DNA of 64,000 nucleotides, taken from positions 186,001 to 250,000 of IMG/VR virus record IMGVR_UViG_3300042453_005404, one strand, 5' to 3'. The number at the start of each line of letters is the position of its first letter. The stretch's first letter is position 1. The notes under the pieces were generated by a model that searched no databases, was not told the DNA's origin, and saw nothing but the letters and a program-made list of their open reading frames with translations. The translations under genes were made by a program, and so were the position numbers. Positions 46,166 to 55,072 of this stretch are shown here, one piece after another.

Positions 46166-46887
46166 CTCAGTTTTCTCCAGCGATTTGGGTGTTCTTTGGT
46201 TTTAACAAGAAAGTTTGATACAATATATTGGCACAGATATGTGCGACACATATCGGGTCTTACTTCATAAATCTGACACTTGTACGTTGTTGGATTCATA
46301 AACTTGCAAATATACCTTGGACCAATAACTTGAAACCTTAAAAACGGATATGCTTTTCGATCTTTGAATACTTGGTTGTTTGGTGCATCTTTGAATAGCG
46401 TATCACCGATCACAACACCTTCTTCATAATCAACAACAATATCTTGTCTAGAAAAGTTTAATCCCTTTTTTCGAAACCATTTAATGATATCTTTGATCCA
46501 ATCTTCATCAACAGGCCCAAGAACATGTTCCAAGTCATACGGATCTAAATGACAACATCCACCTTTTAAGCCCGGTACACCGCAACAGTTACCAAGGCAC
46601 GTAGCCATAGCAACTTCATCAGTAAAATGCTTGCGTTGATCTACTGGTTTAGTTTGCCATTCTTGTGCTTGGTTAATGTTTAACACAGGCAAATAATACT
46701 TGTCACGATAATCTTTTTCGTTGTTTGGATCTTGTTCTTTTTCTTTGAGAGTTTTTTCTCTGTTAGGGGTTTTGGCTAGTTCAGCTTTTTCTTCTATTTG
46801 ACGTTGTTTGTCAAACTCAACAAGCTCTTCAAATGATATAGACTTTTTCTGCTTTATTTGCACGGCTGTTATCAGTATACTACACAT
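46162..46887 (-). CDS. YkgJ-like cysteine-cluster protein (GTG start at 46863 possible)
   Basis: CLGNCC...GCC and CKFM...CQIYEVRPDMCRTYLC. Confidence 0.78.
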   Translation of the reverse strand: MCSILITAVQIKQKKSISFEELVEFDKQRQIEEKAELAKTPNREKTLKEKEQDPNNEKDYRDKYYLPVLNINQAQEWQTKPVDQRKHFTDEVAMATCLGNCCGVPGLKGGCCHLDPYDLEHVLGPVDEDWIKDIIKWFRKKGLNFSRQDIVVDYEEGVVIGDTLFKDAPNNQVFKDRKAYPFLRFQVIGPRYICKFMNPTTYKCQIYEVRPDMCRTYLCQYIVSNFLVKTKEHPNRWRKLR

Positions 46888-46948
46888 TTAATATTTTCAA
46901 ATGGTTTTGTTTAAAAGTTGCTACTTATACCTAAACTCTGGAGTTAAC

Positions 46949-47545
46949 ATGTCTACATTCAAACAAGCTTTTATCGAACATGAATCTGACCGTCTTATGG
47001 AGGCAAGGGTAAGTCTTTTGCAAAAAGGCGTATATCCTTTTGATATTTTTCTCAAGGAAAGTTCTGAAGCAGTCCATGCAGCAGAAAAAATTGAACAATT
47101 GGAAGAAGTTGCCTGTGCTTTCAAAACACAAGTTCCAACCTTGTATATGCTTGTGCAGCAAAACTCAACAATTCTTTTGGAAGGTCGATCAAAACCAGCA
47201 GCAATCAAAGCAGCAATGATTAACTATACTTTTGTTTGTGAGTCGTTAAACAAGTGTGTTAACGAAGCTACAAAGCTTTTGATAAACAAAATACCAGAAA
47301 ACAAGTCTTTATATTCAAAATACAACAAAGATGCAATTCAACTTTTAGAATTTTGCATTAAGAAATCACAAGCTTATAAACTTGTAGAAGGCAATGTTGA
47401 TCCCGTAGTTAAAACTCTTTCAACAGAACTAGCAAAACTGTCGCTTAAAGACTTGCAAACTCTTTGTGAAAGCGTTCCTGCAATGCGTTTATATGTTTCA
47501 AATGAAACGTATAACCAACTAACGCAAACTGTTTTAGGCAGTTGA
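46949..47545 (+). CDS. hypothetical protein (start probably 46949)
   Basis: CTACTTAT at 46921, GGAG RBS; FIE, LME, LKE sites. Confidence 0.65.
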   Translation: MSTFKQAFIEHESDRLMEARVSLLQKGVYPFDIFLKESSEAVHAAEKIEQLEEVACAFKTQVPTLYMLVQQNSTILLEGRSKPAAIKAAMINYTFVCESLNKCVNEATKLLINKIPENKSLYSKYNKDAIQLLEFCIKKSQAYKLVEGNVDPVVKTLSTELAKLSLKDLQTLCESVPAMRLYVSNETYNQLTQTVLGS

Positions 47546-48904
47546 AATTATCGCACCAGATGCAGTAAAATAGCTTCCTGCCAAATTAGCTCCATACACC
47601 GCCGCTAAATATAAACCAATACTTGATACAGGTTTGTTGCTTTTAACCATATGGTTGTGAGCATTTTGCCAGCCCTTCGCTATGCCGCTTAAATCGATTT
47701 CTAATGGCTTGCAAAAGCCGTAGGTGTAGGCAGTCCTACAAGCTCTGATTGCGTTGTCTACAGAGGCTTTAAATCGATTTGCAAAGCTCTTGGGAATATT
47801 GATCTTAACAATGTGAGCAAGCAAGTTTTGAATACGTTTGGTTGTTAAATCGGCCAAGTCTGTAATGTTTGCGTCTTCTGTTTGCTCTTTTCGCCGTGTG
47901 TTAAGATAGTTTAAGTGTGCAACAACATTTCCTCTTGTTTTGTTGTTGTGAATTGTAAGTACTTTGTCGGTAAGAGATACTTTGTCCACAACTGGAAGAT
48001 TGTCGTAATTGACGTAAGTTAAAATCTCACCTTTGAGCGTAGACACAACATCACATCCAGATACCACGGCAATGTCGTTCAACATGTTCAATGCGTCCAG
48101 CGATTGCTCTAAACGTATAGGCATGATATCAAATCCGCCTCTGCTGTTGTTTGCATAAATGGTTGCAATAACTTCTTCAGAAAATCCTTGCGCAATAAAC
48201 ACTAACGGAATCTTTGTTTCGAAACTCTTCGACAACAACTTGTCAAGCTCTGAAACTTTTTCAACCATGCCATCAACAAGCAACATCTTTACATCATTTC
48301 TCAACCATGTACCAAACTGAGGAATAAAGACTTTGAATGGAAACACCTTGAAGTTATAACCGAACTGTAGCTCTACAAGAGTATTAGGTTGATCGTGCTC
48401 ATCTAATACGATATTACCTTCGATGCCAGCCAACTTAACTGCTTCTTTAACAGCTGTGGCCATATACGTATCGTCAGTAACTTGATCAATGATATCGGAA
48501 ACTTGCTTTGAATTAGCTGGATAACAACAACGTAATATTCTTTGAAGATACTTGGCTGCTTCTTCTTGGTTGTGTTCCACAACTTCTTTATGAGTTACGT
48601 TTTCACTTTTGATGTGTTGATATGCATGAGAGATAAACGAACGTAGAAATAAATTGCTGGTGTTATGGCATTTAAGTTCCAGCTGAAAACATGTTTGGAT
48701 TAACTCTTGGTACAGCATACGTTCCCAAGAGTTTTCTGGAGTTAGTAGTTTCGCAATAAGTTGATAAGAATCTTTTTGAAGATACGTTTGGTTTTGCGTA
48801 GAAATTGCCAAGTCAATTTTATCCAAGTTGGATTGCAGTTTTTCTAGGCACGAAACAAGGTTTTTTTGCGTAGTATTTTTGTCAACAAAAGTATTGCAGT
48901 TCAT
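47534..48904 (-). CDS. divergent GroEL-like chaperonin lacking a recognisable ATP-binding motif
   Basis: AVKEAVKLAGIEGNIVLDE, PLVFIAQGFSEEVIATIYAN, DIAVVSGCDVVS, VDKVSLTDKVLTI, AIRACRTA resemble GroEL intermediate/apical segments; no GDGTTT. Confidence 0.75.
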   Translation of the reverse strand: MNCNTFVDKNTTQKNLVSCLEKLQSNLDKIDLAISTQNQTYLQKDSYQLIAKLLTPENSWERMLYQELIQTCFQLELKCHNTSNLFLRSFISHAYQHIKSENVTHKEVVEHNQEEAAKYLQRILRCCYPANSKQVSDIIDQVTDDTYMATAVKEAVKLAGIEGNIVLDEHDQPNTLVELQFGYNFKVFPFKVFIPQFGTWLRNDVKMLLVDGMVEKVSELDKLLSKSFETKIPLVFIAQGFSEEVIATIYANNSRGGFDIMPIRLEQSLDALNMLNDIAVVSGCDVVSTLKGEILTYVNYDNLPVVDKVSLTDKVLTIHNNKTRGNVVAHLNYLNTRRKEQTEDANITDLADLTTKRIQNLLAHIVKINIPKSFANRFKASVDNAIRACRTAYTYGFCKPLEIDLSGIAKGWQNAHNHMVKSNKPVSSIGLYLAAVYGANLAGSYFTASGAIISTA

Positions 48905-48951
48905 CAATTTTCCTTTTTTTATAAGACTATTTATATCGAAGAGGTGACACA

Positions 48952-49407
48952 ATGGCTACAAACTCTGACAGAGAACTTTTAGAAATACTAGTCAAAAAAA
49001 TAAATGACAGCTCTGCTCTCAACGGAGGGTTTGACAAGCTATGTGTCATGATCGAGCACATCCAAGATGAGCAAGCAAAAAGTGGTAAAAAGCTTGATCG
49101 AGTATCAGATGCTTTATACGATCCAAATGTAGGTTTGTTTTCTCGGGTTCAAGCGATTGAAAGCAAGCTTGATAATAACATAAAAGACTTGGGTAAAAAG
49201 TGCGACGAACTTCCAACTGTAAAGGAAGAGGTTCAAGACCTAAAAAAATTCCAAGCGGCGATAGAAAGTATCGCCGGAAAACAACTTGAAGAACTAACAG
49301 CCCTTGTTAATCTACGCAAACGTCTTGCTAATATCTACTGGGCACTTGCATTATCGATTCTTGGCTTTGTTGGCAATCTGTTGTTTCAGCTAGCTAAACG
49401 TAACTGA
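48952..49407 (+). CDS. coiled-coil protein with a C-terminal TM
   Basis: ORF track; IYWALALSILGFVGNLLF; GAGGTG RBS; CTATTTAT at 48927. Confidence 0.7.
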   Translation: MATNSDRELLEILVKKINDSSALNGGFDKLCVMIEHIQDEQAKSGKKLDRVSDALYDPNVGLFSRVQAIESKLDNNIKDLGKKCDELPTVKEEVQDLKKFQAAIESIAGKQLEELTALVNLRKRLANIYWALALSILGFVGNLLFQLAKRN

Positions 49408-49479
49408 TTCGGGCTGGCAGCTATACAACCGTCATTTCTGCATTCACTCTATGTATAAACCCTTTCAAGGAGAAATACT

Positions 49480-49704
49480 ATGAGTGAATCACGTTTGGTA
49501 CTAGATGTATGGTCAGAGTTTAAAGTGCTTGTTGAACAAGTTGAAGAAGACGTTCACAAGAACGCAACAAAGGGCAATCTCTCTGCTGGTGTTCGTGTTC
49601 GTAAGGGAGTGCGCAAGCTTCGCACTCTTGGTGCAGAACTAATCAAGGCAACTCTTGCTGGAGACGAAGCACGCAAGGCAGAAAAGCCCGCAAAAACAGA
49701 ATGA
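49480..49704 (+). CDS. bacterial histone-H1-like small DNA-binding protein
   Basis: KGNLSAGVRVRKGVRKLR resembles the KGNKAAGxRARK core of bacterial proteins annotated as histone H1 (recalled, not searched). Confidence 0.6.
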   Translation: MSESRLVLDVWSEFKVLVEQVEEDVHKNATKGNLSAGVRVRKGVRKLRTLGAELIKATLAGDEARKAEKPAKTE

Positions 49705-49734
49705 TTATTCTTTCTCGTTCAAAACAGCGATAAT

Positions 49735-49763
49735 AAAAAGGGCAGCAATAAGCTGCCCTTTTT
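49735..49763 (+). terminator. intrinsic terminator
   Basis: AAAAAGGGCAGC-aataa-GCTGCCCTTTTT. Confidence 0.85.
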
Positions 49764-49789
49764 TGTTTATAAACTACTTAGGACTAAGC

Positions 49790-52420
49790 ATGAAAAAAAC
49801 ATACATTCTCGACACAAACGTACTGCTCTCTGATTCGAATAGTTTGTTTGGATTCGAAGAACATGACCTTGTTCTTCCTCTGATCGTTCTTGAAGAACTT
49901 GATCGTCACAAAGATCGTCAAGATGAAGTAGGACGTAATGCCCGTGAGGTGGTGCGCAAACTCGCAGATCTTACCAAAGTAAACAAAGACTTTAAAACAG
50001 GCATCCCACTTGGAAAGAATCTAGGAACTCTAAAGATACTCTCCATCGAAGATATCTTCCCAGATCACGTTCCGCATAAACTTCCAATGGAAATGGAAAC
50101 CAAAAAGAGCGGCGATAATACCATCGCTCAGTTTTGTGTAAACTACATCGAAAAACACACAGAAGCACAAGTTGTTCTTGTTACCCGTGACACAATCCTT
50201 CGCCTAAAAGCTCAAGCTCTTGGTATCGCTTGCGAAGATTACCGCAAGTTCAATGTTGCCACATCAGTTAACTCTCTTTACTCTGGTGTAAGAACCATTG
50301 AACGTGAAGATGTAGTAGTTGCTGACTTCTACAAAAATGACGAACAGTTTTTCCTACCAGCAGACATTCAAGAAGAACTTTACCCAAACCAGTTTGTTGT
50401 ACTGAAAAATGGTCAACAATCTGCAATGGCAAGATTCTATGCCAAAGATGAACCGGTTATTCCTATCGGAGAAATCAAAAGCAAACTTCAACCAAGAAAC
50501 AAAGAACAAGAGTTTGCCCGTGAGCTACTTTTCGACGAAAATGTTAAACTTGTAACTCTTGCTGGTAAATCGGGGTGTGGGAAAGCTCAACCTTTAAATG
50601 CAAAAATATTGACTCCACACGGATGGACAACAATGGGAAAAATCCAAAAAGGAGACTATGTTGTTGGTAAAAACGGTAAACCCACAAAAGTAACTGGCGT
50701 GTTTCCTCAAGGTGTAAAACCAATATACGAGGTGGTTTTTTCTGATGGTTCAAGCACACAATGCTGCGACGATCACTTGTGGTTTACACAAACTGTTTCA
50801 AACCGCACAGCAAAAAATGTTGGAACAGTTAAATCCCTAAAAGAGATACGAAATGATCTCAAACTAAAAGATGGTCGCAATAAGCATTACATTCCAATGG
50901 TTGAATCTGTAGAATTTGAATCAAAAGAAGTTCCACTCGATCCTTATTTGCTCGGATTGTTGATCGGAGATGGAGGGTTTAGTAATCATACAGTTACCTT
51001 TACAAGTTCCGATGAACAACTTGTCAACGAAATGACTGCCAGACTACCAGAAACCTGCACTGTTTCCAAAAAAACACATAGAACATATGACTATTTGATT
51101 CACGACAAACGAAACTTGCTCGAAAAATACAATGATTCCAAACGATACGTTTTACGTTCTCCGTCAGGAGAAAAAGTTATGCTGGGATCTACGGTGTTGT
51201 TTTGTCAAAAACACAACATATCCCCTAGCGGATTAGCAAAGCTTTTAAATGGCACATTCAAACAAATAAAAGGCTGGACCGTTATAACTGGTTTAAAAAC
51301 CAAAACCGAACTAAAAAACAAAGTAGTTCTTGGTTTGGAAAGCTTGGGATTGCAAGGACATAAATCCTACGATAAATTTATCCCAGATGTTTACAAGTAT
51401 AACAACTCCAAAATACGTTTGGAAGTTTTGCAAGGGTTAATGGACACAGATGGCACTGTTTCAAAAAATGGATATGGAGTCAGCTTTTCCAGCAGCTCAG
51501 AAACTCTAGCCAAAGACGTACAAGAACTTGTTTGGTCTTTTGGTGGCAAAGCAGTCATCTCAGAAAAACAAACATCGTACACTTATAAAGGTGTTAAAAA
51601 GCAAGGCCGCCCATCATTCGTAGTGCAAATCTCAGTGCCACCAAACGTTCAACTGTTTAAACTAAACAGAAAAATTGAACGGCAAAAAGTACGTTCAAAA
51701 TATATTCCAACAAGATCTATCGAATCTATAAACCCAATAAACTTGCAAGAAGCTCAGTGTATATCTGTGGAAGACCAAGAGCATCTGTATGTCACAGATG
51801 ATTATATCGTAACACACAACACTCTTCTTGCTATCGATGCTGGGTTGGAACAAGTGCTTAATGCTCGCCGTTATCGCTCACTTGTTATTTGTCGTCCAGT
51901 AATGCCAGTAGGAAAAGATATTGGATTCCTTCCCGGCGATTTAAACGAAAAACTAGAGCCTTGGTTGGCACCTATCAAAGATAACCTACGCTTTCTTTTA
52001 GGAGCCTCAGAACCACCCAAAGAATCGTCGGGAGGCTCACGTAAAAAGAAGATCGCAGAACCAACAGCAAAGTTCGATGAACAAGTTCTGCAAAGCTATT
52101 TCGATGAAGGTATCATTGAAGTTCAAGCAATGACCTTTATTCGTGGTCGTTCTATTGCCAATGCTTACATCATTGTTGATGAAGCACAAAACACTAACCT
52201 TCATGAAATTAAGACCATTCTTACCCGTGTTGGTGAAAACACCAAGATCGTTCTTACTGGAGATCTTGAGCAAATTGATAGCACATACGTTGACTCAGTG
52301 AGCAACGGTCTTTCTATTGCCATTGAAAGATTTAAGAGCCAAAAGATCTCTGGACACGTAACCTTCCTTAAAGGGGAAAGATCGTTACTCGCTACCATCG
52401 CTTCTGAGATTTTGATCTAG
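49790..52420 (+). CDS. phoH: PIN-PhoH (PhoH2/YlaK-type) ATPase with an intein in the P-loop (start 49790)
   Basis: YILDTNVLL PIN motif; LAGKSGCGK|TLLA Walker A after splicing; IGFLPG, FIRGRS, IIVDEAQN, TRVGENTKIVLTGD. Confidence 0.92.
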   Translation: MKKTYILDTNVLLSDSNSLFGFEEHDLVLPLIVLEELDRHKDRQDEVGRNAREVVRKLADLTKVNKDFKTGIPLGKNLGTLKILSIEDIFPDHVPHKLPMEMETKKSGDNTIAQFCVNYIEKHTEAQVVLVTRDTILRLKAQALGIACEDYRKFNVATSVNSLYSGVRTIEREDVVVADFYKNDEQFFLPADIQEELYPNQFVVLKNGQQSAMARFYAKDEPVIPIGEIKSKLQPRNKEQEFARELLFDENVKLVTLAGKSGCGKAQPLNAKILTPHGWTTMGKIQKGDYVVGKNGKPTKVTGVFPQGVKPIYEVVFSDGSSTQCCDDHLWFTQTVSNRTAKNVGTVKSLKEIRNDLKLKDGRNKHYIPMVESVEFESKEVPLDPYLLGLLIGDGGFSNHTVTFTSSDEQLVNEMTARLPETCTVSKKTHRTYDYLIHDKRNLLEKYNDSKRYVLRSPSGEKVMLGSTVLFCQKHNISPSGLAKLLNGTFKQIKGWTVITGLKTKTELKNKVVLGLESLGLQGHKSYDKFIPDVYKYNNSKIRLEVLQGLMDTDGTVSKNGYGVSFSSSSETLAKDVQELVWSFGGKAVISEKQTSYTYKGVKKQGRPSFVVQISVPPNVQLFKLNRKIERQKVRSKYIPTRSIESINPINLQEAQCISVEDQEHLYVTDDYIVTHNTLLAIDAGLEQVLNARRYRSLVICRPVMPVGKDIGFLPGDLNEKLEPWLAPIKDNLRFLLGASEPPKESSGGSRKKKIAEPTAKFDEQVLQSYFDEGIIEVQAMTFIRGRSIANAYIIVDEAQNTNLHEIKTILTRVGENTKIVLTGDLEQIDSTYVDSVSNGLSIAIERFKSQKISGHVTFLKGERSLLATIASEILI
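50585..51820 (+). mobile_element. Ala-1 class-3-type intein (412 aa) with LAGLIDADG endonuclease and an extra HTH-like insert
   Basis: Starts AQPLNAKILTPHGW; DHLW (Trp), AQCISV (Cys), VTHN (Thr) then Thr+1; LGLLIGDG and LQGLMDTDG. Confidence 0.9.
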
Positions 52421-52466
52421 AAAATAGCGTTTTTCGAACTATATATTTCTTAGAGAGGTACTGTTT

Positions 52467-52553
52467 ATGGAATATAGGTTTGAAGGAAACGCTAATAAAA
52501 GTGGTGGTCCCCCTCTTCTACAAACAACACGCTCTTCACTAAACCCAGCTTGA
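52467..52553 (+). pseudogene. 28-codon remnant of the GIY-YIG family
   Basis: MEYRFEGNANKSG vs MEYKYEGHSLKSG (15417); leader CTATATA...GAGAGGTA..GTTT(T)ATGGAATA conserved at DNA level. Confidence 0.7.
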
Positions 52554-52575
52554 TCTATACTTAACTGTATAGATC

Positions 52576-53286
52576 ATGGCTGGTTTTAACCCTAACAGAA
52601 AAAAGAAAACTTATTCACTTAATCGTTCGCAGCCATCAAAGGTTATTGCAACGATTGTTGATGGAAAAGTTGAATACTTTGACGAAACGCTGGTCACGGT
52701 TGATAACCCATACTATCAACTTCAAACAGCAACAAGTCAGGGTTTACCTCCACCTCCTCCACCTCCCCCCCCAGCCGAATACGATGAAGATGTTATAGAG
52801 TTCGATTGGACAGATACCGAGGTAGCAACCTTTAACATAACGTTTTCACAAAATCCTTATCTTACACTGGAAATACTTCCAGCAGAAGGATTTGAGAACA
52901 TAGCATTTTTTGCTAACAACTTATCAACAACAGGATTTATTGCACACGTTTCTGCTCCGTTTAGTGGACAGATTGTTTATCGTGCTATTGTGTCTCCAGT
53001 ATTCCCTGTTGTTATTGAACGTGTTGTTGTTAGTAGTTCATTTTACTACACAGCTTCTGCTGGAAAGATACCAGAAAGTTCGAACTCAGAGTTTGTTGCA
53101 ACATACAATCAACTGTTTCCAGCAACATATCCAACAAACTTATTCTTTACACCAATAGATGATAACAACAATGGAGATGCTGGTGTTGCGATTGTTGCAA
53201 CTGGTTCGTTTGGTTTAACAAGTACAGAAGTAACCTATTCTGCACCAGTATATAACTCTATACACTATCTTGCAGTGAAACCTTGA
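52576..53286 (+). CDS. probable structural protein
   Basis: ORF track; poly-Pro linker; ATACTTAA motif at 52556. Confidence 0.65.
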   Translation: MAGFNPNRKKKTYSLNRSQPSKVIATIVDGKVEYFDETLVTVDNPYYQLQTATSQGLPPPPPPPPPAEYDEDVIEFDWTDTEVATFNITFSQNPYLTLEILPAEGFENIAFFANNLSTTGFIAHVSAPFSGQIVYRAIVSPVFPVVIERVVVSSSFYYTASAGKIPESSNSEFVATYNQLFPATYPTNLFFTPIDDNNNGDAGVAIVATGSFGLTSTEVTYSAPVYNSIHYLAVKP

Positions 53287-53305
53287 GAGTTGGAGAGATG
53301 TAATA

Positions 53306-54994
53306 ATGGCATACGATTTTAGAGCAAATCAAGTACGATTAAACCGAATCATCTCTTCTGGTTCTATCCCAATCTTAATTTATCCATCTAGTAGCGCAGC
53401 AGATTTTGCTGGCAACCTTGATCCCAGCTTTTCTACAACTTCTATTGGATCAGACGTATTTTTTTATGTTTCTGGAAGTTCAACCGCAAAAACAGTTTTT
53501 GGTGGAGACGTATTATCCTCTGGTTCACTAAGCTCTCTTAAAGGAATAACTGGTTCTATACAGTTCACAAACGCTGCTAGCACACCTTTCATTCTCGGCG
53601 GCTCAGATATAACTGTTAATTACAACTCTTTTGGACAGTGGGAAATATCTGGATCAGAATCCAACTTCTTTACATCTCCAAACAACAACGTTGTACAAAC
53701 AACCGGTTCGCTGCTTGCTGTTGGGTTGTCTTCTTCGAATGGAGCACAAATAACAGGCAGTTTGCAAGTTCTTGGTGGAATAACAGGTTCTCTTAGCGGT
53801 ACTATTGCTGGCAATCCTTTTATTGTTGGTGGCGCAAACATCATAGCCAACTACAACTCTCTTGGTCAATGGGAGATTACAGGATCTGGTGGTGGCTCAA
53901 ACGTTTGGACCGAGCTTAATGCTACCACAATATACACAACCAGTTCTATTCGTGTTGCACAAGTATCAGCTTCGCTTGGAGCTATTATTACTGGTAGCGT
54001 TGTTCAAGGAGTAGGTTGCACGGCAGTCAATAACTCACACGCCGAAGGTTATCAGTCAGATGTTTCGGCAGGAAACTACGGTCACGCAGAGGGCTATCAG
54101 ACAGATGTAGGGGGCGAAGCTGCACACGCTGAAGGTAACAGTACAACTGCTGCTGGTGATTATTCACACGCAGAAGGTATTAATACCGATGCCAATGGCA
54201 ACTATGCTCACAGTGAAGGCAACGGAACAACGGCTGCGGGTGAAGGCTCACATGCTGAAGGCAGAGACACTCAAGCAAACGGAGATTATTCTCATGCTGC
54301 TGGATATCAAACCATTGCAGCTGGTGATTATTCTTTTGCTGGTGGTAACAACACAGAAGCTTTTGCGAACTATCAAACAGCTATTGGTAAGTTCAACATA
54401 ACAAGCAACTCAGATTCTTTATTCGTTGTTGGTGACGGCTTAAACACTGGCAATCGTCATGACGTTTTAAGAGTTAACAGTGGTTCAGTTCAAGTGACAG
54501 GTTCATTGTTTGTTACACAAACAATGTCCGCAAGTATTGTAAGTGCTTCATATGTTCGTGCTAATGGAATAAATATCACTCCAGTTGTTGCTCAACTCAC
54601 AATAGGTGGTGATAACACAAACCGTGCCAGTGGATCTATTTCTGGATTGTTCGAATCTGGTTCTCTTATGGTTCCGGGTACCATTGGCAAGTTCGACGTA
54701 GAAGTTCTTGCAATGGATTATAACTTTGAAACAGGAGCAAGTTGGAAATATACCGTTACCGCTCTTTGGCCTTATTCTGGAAACTTTTCTTTTCTTGCTT
54801 CTACGGAAATAGCAGTCGAATATGGGCCAACAGCAGGTTCGTATAACCCAACAAACGATTGGGATGTAAACTTCAACAGTCTTGGACAAATAGAGCTTAC
54901 AGGATCTGCTCCAGCATTTCCTAGTGGTGGAACAAGTTTTTATGTACAAGTAACCAAGAAAATGATTGGTGGCTACGGAACGATTATTGCGTAA
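53306..54994 (+). CDS. fibre/adhesin-like virion protein with YadA-head-type 14-aa repeats
   Basis: About 8 xSHAEGxxTxAxG repeats (~54030-54370); modules shared with 55073 and 58697. Confidence 0.7.
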   Translation: MAYDFRANQVRLNRIISSGSIPILIYPSSSAADFAGNLDPSFSTTSIGSDVFFYVSGSSTAKTVFGGDVLSSGSLSSLKGITGSIQFTNAASTPFILGGSDITVNYNSFGQWEISGSESNFFTSPNNNVVQTTGSLLAVGLSSSNGAQITGSLQVLGGITGSLSGTIAGNPFIVGGANIIANYNSLGQWEITGSGGGSNVWTELNATTIYTTSSIRVAQVSASLGAIITGSVVQGVGCTAVNNSHAEGYQSDVSAGNYGHAEGYQTDVGGEAAHAEGNSTTAAGDYSHAEGINTDANGNYAHSEGNGTTAAGEGSHAEGRDTQANGDYSHAAGYQTIAAGDYSFAGGNNTEAFANYQTAIGKFNITSNSDSLFVVGDGLNTGNRHDVLRVNSGSVQVTGSLFVTQTMSASIVSASYVRANGINITPVVAQLTIGGDNTNRASGSISGLFESGSLMVPGTIGKFDVEVLAMDYNFETGASWKYTVTALWPYSGNFSFLASTEIAVEYGPTAGSYNPTNDWDVNFNSLGQIELTGSAPAFPSGGTSFYVQVTKKMIGGYGTIIA

Positions 54995-55072
54995 ATAAAG
55001 ATAAGTTTATTCTTCTATTTATAGTGTGTCCATGAATTTGTTAAGTGGACCACAAAGAGGAGTAAGAACATC

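Noticed and set aside
49655-49789. N-terminal extension of PhoH
   Set aside because: It runs across the upstream gene end and terminator; the PIN motif starts at MKKTYILDTN (49790).
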